A stretch of DNA of 22,237 nt, taken from assembly GCF_006345805.1 (NCBI RefSeq), contig NW_021836988.1:1-22237 (forward strand), written 5' to 3'. Source of the DNA: Octopus sinensis. Its lineage: Eukaryota. A program made the position numbers and the translations under genes. This document shows, piece by piece, positions 1-10,426 of this stretch. The notes below the pieces were generated by a model. The model had not been told where the DNA came from. It made no database searches and worked only from the letters and a program-made list of their open reading frames with translations. The stretch's first letter is position 1. Each line of letters opens with the position of its first letter.

Positions 1-139
1 ATTTTGATTTTTATAAGTTAAAATCTGTATTTTTTGATAAAAAGTGAGACGAGTATAATTACCACGAGAATTGTTCGAAGACATAAAATAACTGAAATTT
101 TATTAATTTGCAAATTATATAAAATATATTTTAAAATTT

Positions 140-249
140 ATGGTCAATTTGAGAATTGGCCACTTTCAATGGAAATTCGAATTTTTCTTAAGATAATTTT
201 ATAAGTGTGGTCAATTTCAGAGGTGGCCAATTTCAGAGGAGTCACTGTA
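140..249. mobile_element. Right end of a pogo/Tigger-like (Tc1-mariner superfamily) DNA transposon or MITE
   Basis: Ends ...AGAGGAGTCACTG|TA (reverse complement TA|CAGTGACTCCTCT). Two tandem 16-bp subterminal repeats GTGG(T/C)CAATTTCAGAG at 207-222 and 223-238, plus degenerate copies near 140-170. CAGT terminus with TA target is typical of pogo-like TIRs. The left end is not in the window. Confidence 0.55.
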
Positions 250-269
250 TATCGAATGTATAGAATTAA

Positions 270-860
270 ACAAAGCAGGAAATTGAAAGGACATTCAATA
301 ATGTCGATCCAAAATGTTGAAATCAGAGTTGATACGTCAATTATGTTTTAAACGAAATTCCAATTCAATAAACCTGACATTTTGTGTATGACAAGAGGGA
401 AAAAGAAATAAATTAATCGAAGTAGCAATTACCTTACAAGAGCGTTTTAAGCAAGTTGAAGTGGAGAAATTTCACAAATAAGACCTGCTTGTAAAAGAAC
501 TGTCGGTCTTTCGAGAAGCAAAAATAAAGATTATTCCAATTGTCTTGACATGGGATGGAGTTGTGTCAAAGTTCTTTAAAAGTCACATTGATAAGTTATC
601 CATTGAAAAAGAAACTAGAAATACATCTAGTCGGTTTTGCTGAATAGGACGCTGGAGAGTATGTTAATTGAACACTCACACGGAGTGAAGATAGACAACA
701 AAGAGTACGTCTCTTCCACCAATCAACTTGCGGAGTTGGCATGCCGCAAGGACACTCAGGTGAACATAAACCTTGACACAGAAATGGGAAAAGAAAAGAA
801 GATTGACAAACTTTTTTTAAGCGAAGAAGGGAAATCATCTGACGATCTGGATTCTTAGAT
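270..860 (+). mobile_element. Degenerate 3' fragment of an RLE-type (R4/Dong-like) non-LTR retrotransposon, endonuclease domain
   Basis: Frameshifted translation gives KGHSI..NVEIRVDT..NKPDIFVYDK..LIEVAIT..KQVEVEKFHK*DLL..KIIPIVLTWDGVVSKF..NRTLESMLIEH, a PD-(D/E)xK-type motif set with stops and indels. Confidence 0.75.
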
Positions 861-861
861 A

Positions 862-1200
862 TTTCAAAATAGAATTGACATTTATTGAATAAAGAATTTT
901 TTAAGTTTATTGGATCATCTCTCAAAAATCCTGAAGCAAGTTGAGGTGGAAAAGCTCTATTAATACGATTTGCCTGCCAGTGAACTAAGAGTAATCCATT
1001 ACGCCAATGTATATTACCATTAGTATTGACATGGGAAGGTATTGTGAGTAAATTCTATAAACATCTCTACGACTCAATCGGTCTCGAAGAACCCACTCGA
1101 GCTTACATTAAGCCGGTGGTTATTGGGAAAACATTGGAGAGTATGCGTACAGAACACACGTTTGGAATAATCCCATATGAAGAATCTTAAAAGATCGGGT
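862..1200 (+). mobile_element. Second, divergent fragment of the same RLE-type retrotransposon family
   Basis: LKQVEVEKLY*YDLPASEL..LVLTWEGIVSKFYK..TRAYIKPVVIGKTLESMRTEH, homologous to the fragment immediately upstream. Confidence 0.7.
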
Positions 1201-1954
1201 TAAGAAGTACAACAACGAGAAAAGCTTTGCCGACTAAGGCCATTCAATCGGACCTGAGAATGACCACAGACGAGGCCGGCCTTGTGAGATGCGTGAGTAT
1301 GCCCATCAAAGAGATATGCTCTGGCTTGAAGAGATGGAGAATCGACTGAAAGCATATGCATTAGTTAGAAATTAATCATTAATTGTTTTATTTTTAAAAT
1401 TTTTTTTTATAAAAGACAATGTTATCTGTATCCTATAACGATACTTTTTATGCTGTTTATAGTTTTTATTTTCAACAAGGAAACTCATTAAATGATTTTC
1501 GAAGTGATCTAAAGAGTCAGCCAAATACATACTATGACAAAAGTTCAACAAACAGAATCATTTCTGGTGGCGCACATCCAGAATTTACAGGTTTTTTGTT
1601 GTTTTCCAAGATTGTTAATCGGATTTGATAAAAACTATGTATACTTTATAGATCAAACGCGTAATCATATGCGGTGTAAATGACGTCATTATTGCGCAGG
1701 TCGGTAAATACGTAGATTTTACCATAAAATAAATATCTTACGATTTGTAATAATTTCTAAAAATGGTAAATATCATTATTTCACTGACATTAGGATTGTG
1801 ACCAAAACAACGATACTTTATTATTGATAACAAAATTGTTTGACAACAAAATTGTTAAAAAAATAAAATGCTCTTTCAAAAATAGAATTAAGAATGGACT
1901 GATTTCTGACATTGAAATTCCAATCGAAGATAAAAAAATTATATTGTCACATAG

Positions 1955-2381
1955 ATTTTCAGCTCTGCTTCTCCTCGAATCTTTCTACTTATTTCCTATC
2001 ATTTGTTTCCCGAAATTTTTTTAAATTTCCACATATTCCCGCCAGATTTTATACTCAGCCTCAAAGCTATTTACGAGTTTTTAAATATAATGTCACTTAT
2101 TTCCTCTGACTATCATCAAATTTACAGAATAATAATGAGCGAATATGGTTAAAATACTACATTTATATTTAGATGCGAACACGTACTTTGAAAATGTCAA
2201 TTCTTTAGTATTTGATGAATTTTTAGAACACATCCATATCCGGAGATACAGCAGTCTCTGTTTCTACAATCAGGTGATCTCCGTAATTGGAATTCTCATC
2301 AATATGGATATCCATATTCTTAATGACGTCTTTCATGTTACTCAAGAAGATTATGATAATATTTTTTCAATGAAAATTTAA
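1955..2381 (+). CDS. Possible orphan gene or pseudogene (3' exons only), product unknown
   Basis: Stop-free frame 1955-2147 joins the open frame 2173-2381 through a 25-nt GT-AG intron (2148-2172) like the host-gene introns. No recognisable motif and the 5' structure is unresolved. Confidence 0.3.
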
Positions 2382-2414
2382 TATTTTACTATAACGAAAA
2401 TTTAATATTTTCAA

Positions 2415-2945
2415 TGACGCAGTGCAGGCCGGTTTCCAAGACATCATGCAATGAACCTAATTGTCAAGAACGCTTTACATGCAACTGGTTTCCCGGCACA
2501 GCTGGAGCCTCCTGGTCTCATCCGCACAGACGGAAAAAGGCCTGATGAGATAACAATTTTCCCGTACACCAACGGGAAGTGCCTTGTTTGGGACTGCGCC
2601 TGCACCGACACCTTCTCAGAGACAACCCTGATCGCCTCAGCCTCCTCTCCAGGATATGCTTCACAGAACTACGAAAAAATTAAAAAATTAAAATATTCAG
2701 AGCTCAAGGACAGGTTCATAGTGCAACCGATTATTGTGGAGTCATCTGGAGTCTTCGGTCCGGAATCAATCTCTTTCATTAGGAAACTTGGATCCCTGAT
2801 CTCGGTTCAGACGAAAGATAGAAGGGAGACCGAATGGCTGTTTCAACGCCTTTCAACAACCGTTGTCAGGGTAATAGCCACGCTCTCCTTTCTGCTCTTA
2901 AGCAACCTTAATTAACTTATATTTTCTTTTATTAAAAATTGTTTT
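2415..2945 (+). mobile_element. 5'-truncated CRE-like retrotransposon (lineage B), restriction-like endonuclease domain
   Basis: RSAGRFPRHHAMN..LEPPGL.RTDGKRPD..WDCACTDTF..KKLKYSEL..VESSGVFGP..LFQRLS, followed by a T/A-rich tail. Corresponds to ORF 2451..2915. Confidence 0.85.
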
Positions 2946-3052
2946 TTTTACTATAAAATTTACTATAAAATATACTTTTTGAGATTTTTAATGAAAAAAG
3001 TTTTTTATATTTATTTTTCAAAAATTAAAGTTTATTTGAACTAAACCAAAAT

Positions 3053-3289
3053 CTGCTGATTCCTCCGGGATCTTCGGCCCCAAGACACTCCGCTTCCTTC
3101 GCTCGCTCGGTCGACAGATTTCAAGGACTAGTCACGATCCAAGAGAGTTTTCTTGGCTCCTGGAACGTCTGTCGATTGCTGTGATCCGAGGGAACGGCTT
3201 CGCCATTCGCGAGGCTGGCCGGGTGTCTCTTGAGGCCTTTAATTAACTTAGCTATCTTTAATTTCTTTCTTGTTTTTTGTATATAAAAA
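3053..3289 (+). mobile_element. Short 5'-truncated copy of CRE-like lineage A with target-site duplication
   Basis: 3061-3270 is near-identical to ~7965-8175. Ends in an A-run and is flanked by a 10-bp direct repeat AAACCAAAAT (3043-3052 and 3290-3299). Confidence 0.9.
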
Positions 3290-3300
3290 AAACCAAAATA

Positions 3301-3355
3301 TATACAGTAAAACCTCTGGTGCTTGAAGGGACCGAAGAAAAAATGGCTTGAAGTT
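3301..3355. mobile_element. Left end of a pogo/Tigger-like element (fragment)
   Basis: TA|CAGTAAAACCTCT followed by GGGACCGAAGAAAAA resembles pogo-like TIR/subterminal sequence. No matching right end was found. Confidence 0.45.
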
Positions 3356-3384
3356 GTCTCTATTTGATGACCAGAGCTCTTTTC

Positions 3385-4110
3385 AATTGTAGCACTAGCG
3401 TATTCTTCTCCAAGCTGTTTTTTGGATTTACGATCATATTATCATGTCTGAATTCGATATTCAGTAAGGTGACCCAGTGGGCCCATTGCTGCTTGCCCTC
3501 TCTGTTGACCATATTCACGGAACTTTACATCCAGTATTAACTTTTGGTACTTGGATGACGTGACGATTGGTGGACTCCCAGAGTCGTTATGAAGGACGTA
3601 AACAAGATCACTTCTGGCTTCTCCAAGATCGATCTATCTTTAAACGACGGCAAATGGAACTCGTCAATATTTCGCTTGCCCCTGCCGCTCTCTCCCACAC
3701 ATCTTCCTCTCTCTGCCTGATTGATGGTTTAAGGCTTATCACCGATCTAGTTATATTGGCTCGCCAATTTCCAACCATGCTTTAGTAAAAGCCCTATCGT
3801 CTGAATATGAAGAAAATTAAGCTGCCTATGATCGGATCCGTAGGGTTGGCTCACATTTGGCGTTTTTCTTGCTGTAGAATTTTTTGTTCAAGACTGACTT
3901 AGTTCTTCCGTATGTTTTGTTTCCGCTAGTTTCCTGTTTAGAATCGACAATCTTGTCTACGAAATTTTAACATACCATCTTGATTTGAGTTTCACTGATG
4001 ACGGTTTGACCCGTGCCAGCCTATTTACACGTTTCGGAGGATTAGGGTTCGCTCTTGTACCGACCCAATCTTGTGATCTTTTTTCCACCTGGCTTCTAGA
4101 AATTTTGTTT
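3385..4110 (+). mobile_element. Heavily decayed CRE-like reverse transcriptase fragment (lineage D)
   Basis: LAYSSPS..IQ*GDPVGPLLLAL..INFWYLDDVTIGG..IDLSLN..GGLGF across many stops and frameshifts. Confidence 0.7.
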
Positions 4111-4401
4111 TCTTAGTTCTATTTCCTCTCTCGAACTCCACGAGCTACGGAATTCTTTTAAGTTTTTAGATATTTCTGAACTTGATAAATTTTGACCACC
4201 TTAATCTATAGTAGTTGCCCAACAATGTATTTAAGTACTTAACCACTGCATTGTGCGTCTATGTGTAGATGTGAGGAACATATAATATATATTTTACTGC
4301 CGGATAGTCTTTTTATAGTTCATAGATACTATAAACCCCTCAACAAAGAAGAAAATATTTATTTAAAAAGAGGCTGTTAGTAGATGGTAGATAAAGTTCG
4401 G

Positions 4402-5265
4402 TTTCTTTTTTAATCAATAAACGACATTCCATTCCAATTATATTAATGAATTAAAGAGGTGATGCTTTACTGGGCGAGAGGCTGACGCGATCTAGAAAGA
4501 GTTCGAGTGTACTATCGCGAGGGATATCCGCTCAAAAACCATCTCGATTCGCGGGCGTCGCATGTGACTGTCGACATCCGAGACCCGATCTCCTGAACGA
4601 AGCTGATTGCCGTTCCGCCCAAAGAACCAGACGTCTCAACTACGAATGGGAAGGAATTGGTACTTCTTCACAAGTGAAGAGTACTTTCGCATCTTTTTAC
4701 ATTCGACAGTAGTGGCGATTGATCCAGAGGCGAATGCAGACATCAGCAGGTTTTCGGGCGAAAATGAGTCCACACACGTGGCGTCCCAGGTAAGTGGCTT
4801 TCCTTTGTTGAAGGGAAACACAGCAATCCCGTCCGGTCTCTTCTCGTCCCCCCGATCGATCCCAGTGGGTTCGAGTATTGAGGGGATTCTGGTGACTTCT
4901 AAGGCTGTCATGGTGAGATCATTTAGAGCACCGTGCCGCGGGATACGGCCAGCGCTGCGTCTACACGATAGCGCGTGCAAACCAAAGCGACAGATTTTCG
5001 CACCACAGCGGCAGACATGTGGCTCACATAGGCGAAGACCAAGGCGTAAACAAACCCCTGTCCTAACGGACTCATTGTCCAGAAGGTTACCAATACTTGG
5101 CAGTGGAGTGGCATTTAACCAGGCACCGCTGTGGGGACGACAGGCCGTCTCAAAGCAGATCAAACGATGTTGATCGAGGGATGCGCGGAATGACTTAATA
5201 CGCGATTGAAGGCGAATTTCGTCCCAACAATGCTTTTGCGGAAGGTTCGGAGTTTCAAGACCAAG
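4402..5265 (-). mobile_element. 5'-truncated CRE-like retrotransposon (lineage C), zinc-knuckle plus RLE domain, antisense to lineage A
   Basis: WDEI..GAWLNATP..GNLLD..LRLG..CRCG..GLHALSC..RHGALND..LEPTG..KRPDG..WDATCVDSF..KKMRKY..VETSG..ERISLAI. The 3' tail ends near the T-run at 4402-4411. Confidence 0.85.
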
Positions 5266-8187
5266 TTAGTAACAACCGCAAGAAAGGGAGAGTCTGTTCT
5301 AGTTGCGACAGATTCTTCCACCTTTCTTGCGTGCCTTTCCAGGCGCGTTTCTGCCTCTCTCTTAATTTGGGACTGTCCTTCCTGCCGCACTTGCCAGCCG
5401 GTTCAGTGTTCCAGCCCGCAAGAACTCCCCGAAAAAGCGCCACTCGCAACATCTCCGTCTGCCGAGGAAGTTCTCAAATCTATCAAGCTCTTCCGCCGTC
5501 TCCGGAAAATCCCATCCAGAATCCCAAAAGCTGCGCGTATCTTTGCAGCCTCCTCCTTGTCCGCCGCAATCGATAAGGCTTTGGCATCTGATGGCCATTC
5601 CGATTGGCTTAAGCTGTTTTGCTTCGCCTCTTTCGGTCTCGGTTTTGCCCCATTAAGAGCCCGTGTGAAAACCTCCTCCATCTCGCTGGCTACAACCGTC
5701 AAACAAGAATTGGCCTTGTACGATAAGAACTTTTTTTCCATCCGCTGGCTGCGGGACCACCTCGCTAGCTCCGAATTTCCCTCTGGTTCACCATCCCATA
5801 ATGTGTCCTCTCACGCGAATGACGTCGATTACCTCAACAGAAAGATTAATAGTAACTCTTGGACGGCGACGTTCGTGGTGCAGTTAGGCTGGTTGCCTCG
5901 ACAAGTCCCCTTTTGCCCACGACCCCTGCTGTTTTGAATTCCCTCAGGGAAAAACATCCCCCTCAGCCAAACGACTTCAGGCCTCAGCCGTCCCCTGACA
6001 CCCTCGCTCTCAATCCTTTTGCTGTCTCGGAAACTCTTGTACTGAAAGCCCTGAGGGACTTTTCACCTGGAAGCAGTGGTGGTGTAGATGGTCTGAGACC
6101 AGGTCATCTGAAAGACCTGACGTCTCCCACTACCGCCGAAGCTGGTCGAAAACTCCTACGCTCAATTACCAACCTGTGCAACCGCTTCATCTCCGGTTCC
6201 CTCCCCGATTTTGCTCGTGATATTTTCTTTTCCGCCAACCTTACTGCCCTTGGGAAAAAGGACAACGGCGTGAGACCCATTGCCGTTGGGAATATCTTTC
6301 GGAGGCTCTCTGCCAAACTTCTGTGCCACGCAATTGTCCCCTTTTTGTCTCAGTGTTTCTCCCTGCCCAACTCGGGGTCGGTTCCCAAACGGCTGCGAAG
6401 CGGCCGTTCATTCCTCCGTGACTCATCGAATCTTCCCAGTCGGCTATCATGGTCAAACTAGACGTCTCAACGCATTTCATTCCATCAGACGTGACCACCT
6501 GCTGGAGTGCTGTCGCGAATTGGTTCCGTTCGCTTATCCCCTTGTACATCTCTCATACGCTTCCCGAGTATCCTCATGTTCGACGATGTTCCCATCTCTT
6601 CGGCCACCGGGGTCCAACAGGGAGATCCCCTGGGTCCTGTCCTTTTTGCCTTGGGCGTTAACAGTATCGCTCACTCTGTTCGATCCCCAGTTAACATATG
6701 GTATCTGGATGACGCAACCATTTGCGGTCCCCCCGATGCTGTTTTTGACGACCTTCGTTCTATCCTCCCTTCCCTCTCGGACATCGGCCTATCTATAAAC
6801 GCCGATAAATCCGAAATCGTGAACATTGCCTTAAATCCGAGTGACTTCACTGCTTCAATTTCCACGTGCCGAGGCATTCTCTCAGACGTCCGGATTACGG
6901 ACAAATCAAATCTTACGATCCTCGGTGCCCCCATGGGGCCTTCTGCCCTCGAATGCTCACTCGCTGGAAAAATTTCCCACTTATCCAAAATGATCGACAA
7001 GCTTAAAGTCATCGAGCCTCATGTGGCTCTTTTCCTCCTCCGAAACCACTTTTCCGTCCCTAAGATCCTTTACACCCTAAGATGCGCACCCTGCTTTCAA
7101 AGAGACGACCTTCTTTCCGACCTTGACAATATCCTCAGGCTCGGTACGAGCTCTCTTTGCAATCTGGCTTTCGACGATCCAGGCTGGACTCAGGCATCCC
7201 TGCCTGTGCGCTGGGGCGGCCTTGGCTTGAGATCCTATTCCGATCTTGCCCTCCCGGCATTCCTATCCGCTCATCACGCTTCTCGTACTCTCTCAGACAT
7301 CGTTCTTAGAAACCTCCGAACGGAAATGTCTGAAGTTTACTCTGCAGCCCGTGGTCGGTGGGAGGCTCGGTTGGTTCGAAGTTGCCCAATTCTCAATTTT
7401 CACAGCGTCAATGGGACGAAATCTCTTGTCAGGCAATCTTCGAAGGCCTGCTCCTGTCTCCAATCAACACCGTGTCGCTTGCCTCCGTGCAGGTCGCTGT
7501 GAAGGCAGCGGGTGTCTGGTTAAAGGCTCTCCTCTCCCCTTCCATCGGGAACCTGTTGGACAAGGAATGCCTAAGAATTGCAATCTCCCTCCGTGTCGGG
7601 CTGAAAATCTGCCAGACGCACAATGCCGTTGTGGGGGAACTGTTGACGAGTACGGTTTGCATCCCCTCGCTTGCCGGCGGAGTGCCGGTCGTGCCCCCGT
7701 CACAGTGAACTCAACTCATCATACAGAGAGCCCTCGCTTCAGCAGGCATCCCGTCAATCCTTGAACCTTTGGATGGATAGAGGGGATGGCAAACGCCCTG
7801 ACGGGCATGCACCTTCCCCTACGAGCAGGGGAAATCCCTTATTTGGGATTCGGACACGTTCTCGTTTGGAAATCCTGGGCACGCTTCGAGGCAGCCGAGG
7901 AGCGAAAGATTCTCAAGTACGGCCACCTCGCCAACTCGCTGTTCTTACTCCAATGCCGTGGAGTCCTCCGGGATCTTCGGCCCCAAGACACTCCGCTTCC
8001 TTCGCTCGCTCGGTCGACGGATTTCAAGGACTAGTCACGATCAAGAGAGTTTTCTTGGCTCCTGGAACGTCTGTCGATTGCTGTGATCCGAGGGAACGGT
8101 TTCGCCATTCGCGAGGCTGGCCGGGTGTCTCGTGAGGCCTTTAATTAACTTAGCTATTTTTAATTTCTTTTTTGTTTAAAAAAAAAA
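5262..8187 (+). mobile_element. Near-full-length CRE-like non-LTR retrotransposon (lineage A): PHD remnant, RT, CCHC knuckle, RLE; multiply frameshifted
   Basis: RIPKAAR; PGSSGGVDGLRP; GVRPIAVGNIFRRL; KLD..AFHSIRRD; QQGDPLGP; WYLDD (6699-6713); WTQASLPVRWGGLG; CRCGG..GLHPLACRRSAGR..RH; GKRPDG; KY; stop TAA at 8146-8148; poly(A) at 8178-8187. Pieced together from ORFs 5206, 5859, 6449, 6280, 6507, 7358, 7246, 7671 and 7786. Confidence 0.92.
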
Positions 8188-8319
8188 GATAGGACTTACT
8201 CTCGTATGGGATGTATTTGGTGTCGACTCGTTTTCTTCGTAATCGTCATGGCCTTGCTTTCTCGCCCTAGATTCTGCCTCCGCTCATGCTGAAACTAAGA
8301 AAGGTGTTACACTCGTTGC

Positions 8320-8990
8320 TTTTCAAATAAAATGTTGACCCAGCCACGTCCTCGAGTGGTCATCTAAAAGAAGCAACTGTCCACGGAGTTAGGCATTGTA
8401 CTGTCTCTGGCAGGATAGGAATTATTTTTCGCATTCATCGGGTCTTGATGCAATTATTGCAAAAATAGCAGGAACAATTGTCAGTGTGGTAAAATATTAA
8501 AAATTCATTTCTGAGAAAAATCAAGTTGTACACTATATCCATCTTTATTTGTGTCGAGTCTATGGTATAAAAAAAGAAAAGAAAATGAAGGTCACTCGAT
8601 TCAGTCTATAATACCGACGCAGAATGTTAAAATGTGAACTGATACGTAAATAAGATTGAAAAAAACTTCAATCAATAAAATAAAGAATAAAACTGACTTT
8701 ATTGAGGTAGGCATTACTTCACAAACCGCCTCAAACAAGTCGAAATCATGAAATTTCACAAATATGAGTTACTGGCTAATGAATGACATTTACAATACTT
8801 GAGATGAAGCACACATGTTAAAAAAACTATTCCGGTTGATTTTGACGTGAGCTGAAATTGTCTTGAAATGCTTAAAAATTATATAGATAAAATAAAAGTG
8901 AAAAGAAACGAGAAACTTAATCAAATCCATTTTACTGAAAGAACTCTCAAAAGTATGCTAATCATTGAAACTTCCGATGCTCAGAAAGTT
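8320..8990 (+). mobile_element. Degenerate fragment of the RLE-type (R4/Dong-like) family
   Basis: EW..RSNCPRS*ALYCLWQDRN..IHLYLCRVYG..KGHSIQSI..TFIEVGITSQ..LKQVEIMKFHKYELLANE..KRTL.SML, the same family as 270-1200. Confidence 0.75.
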
Positions 8991-9072
8991 TTAAACAGAT
9001 TGAAAATCAAAAGAATCTTTTTAAAAATAGTTTTTTATGATATATAATAATAATAAATGGTATGCTTTTATG

Positions 9073-9143
9073 GTGTGTGTCTGTCTGTCTGTGTGTCTGT
9101 TGTCTGTGTGTCTGTCTGTCTGTGGTCTGTCTGTCTGTCTGTG
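9073..9143. repeat. Compound (GTCT)n/(GT)n microsatellite
   Basis: Read directly from the sequence: gtgtgtgtctgtctgtctgtgtgtctgt... Confidence 0.95.
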
Positions 9144-9279
9144 CACACCACATTCAAATTGTTACAAACTAGATCAAATTGTCAAAACCTTTCCTTTTGT
9201 AGTTATTCGATAATGAGGCCAATAAAAGGTTTGATATCCTCTAGAACCTTCCTGTCAAAAAATTTAATAAGAAAGAATA

Positions 9280-10426
9280 TCCTCGATGATGAGGTCCCCC
9301 AAAACTTCAAGTCAATTTTCTGCGTTTTTGTTAAAATGAACAACAAGAAAGTCCTCGACTCACATGATGTGGTCCCCCAAAACTTCAAGCCAAAAAATTA
9401 AAAAAATATTTTCTGCGTTTTTGTTAAAATGAACAACAAGAAAGTCCTCGACTCACATGATGTGGTCCCCAAAACCTTCAAGCCAAAAAATTAAAAAAAT
9501 TATTTTCTGCGTTTTTGTTAAAATGAACAACAAGAAAGTCCTCGACTCACATGATGTGGTCCCCCAAAACCTTCAAGCCAAAAAATTAAAAAAAATTATT
9601 TCTGCGTTTTGTTAAAATGAACAACAAGAAAGTCCTCGACTCACATGATGTGGTCCCCAAAACCTTCAAGCCAAAAAATTAAAAAAAATTATTTTCTGCG
9701 TTTTGGTAAAAGAACAACAAGAAAGTCCTCGACTCACATGATGTGGTCCCCCAAAACCTTCAGCTAAAAAATTAAAAAAATTATTTTCTGCCGTTTTGTT
9801 AAAATGAACAACAAGAAAGTCCTCGACTCACATGATGTGGTCCCCCAAAACCTTCAAGGTAAAAAATTAAAAAAATTATTTTCTGCGTTTTTGTTAAAAT
9901 GAACAACAAGAAAGTCCTCGACTCACATGATGTGGTCCCCCAAAACCTTCAAGTAAAAAAATAAAAAAAATTATTTTCTGCGTTTTTGTTAAAATGAACA
10001 ACAAGAAAGTCTCGACTCACATGATGTGGTCCCCCAAAACCTTCAAGCCAAAAAATTAAAAAAATTATTTTCTGCGTTTTTGTTAAAATGAACAACAAGA
10101 AAGTCCTCGACTCACATGATGTGGTCCCCCAAAACTTCAAGCCAAAAAATTAAAAAAATTATTTTCTGCGTTTTTGTTAAAATGAACAACAAGAAAGTCC
10201 TCGACTCACATGATGTGGTCCCTCAAAACCTTCAAGCCAAAAAATTTAAAAAAAATTATTTTTTGCGTTTTTGTTAAATGAACAACAAGAAAGTCCTCGA
10301 CTCACATGATGTGGTCCCCAAAACCTTCAAGCCCAAAAATTAAAAAAATATTTTCTGCGTTTTTGTTAAAATGAACGACAAGAAAGTCCTCGACTCACAT
10401 GATGAGGTCCTCCACAACCTTCAAGC
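9280..10426. repeat. Tandem array of ~94-bp units, 12 full cores plus one degenerate leading unit
   Basis: The core GTCCTCGACTCACATGATG recurs at about 9351, 9444, 9538, 9632, 9725, 9819, 9914, 10009, 10103, 10197, 10293 and 10386 (period 93-96). Units differ mostly in homopolymer length. Confidence 0.97.

Noticed and set aside
270-1200. Microsporidian source genome, suggested by the retroelement motifs
   Set aside because: Intron-rich SMYD, TIGAR-like and PEN-2 genes do not fit typical intron-poor microsporidian genomes.
1419-1628. C1q-like domain suggested by EFTGFLLF
   Set aside because: Only a short terminal motif matches and the rest of the frame lacks C1q features.
1679-1690. Palindrome AATGACGTCATT containing a cAMP-response element consensus
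   Set aside because: A single short motif with no defined TSS nearby, which cannot be distinguished from chance.
236-3315. One pogo-like element bounded by the two CAGT-type ends
   Set aside because: The ends face outward (right end at 247, left end at 3303) and differ in sequence, so they belong to separate elements.
4607-8034. Numerous overlapping ORFs (e.g. 4607..5173 +, 5160..5390 -, 5403..5741 -, 6671..7012 -, 7464..7703 -)
   Set aside because: Shadow frames of GC-richer retrotransposon coding sequence with no independent motifs.
4402-8187. Twin-priming 5' inversion of a single LINE
   Set aside because: The inverted part is a 3' endonuclease region from a clearly different lineage, not the 5' part of the same element.
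9280-10426. CRISPR-like array
   Set aside because: Units are near-identical end to end with no unique spacers, no cas genes are present, and the context is eukaryotic.
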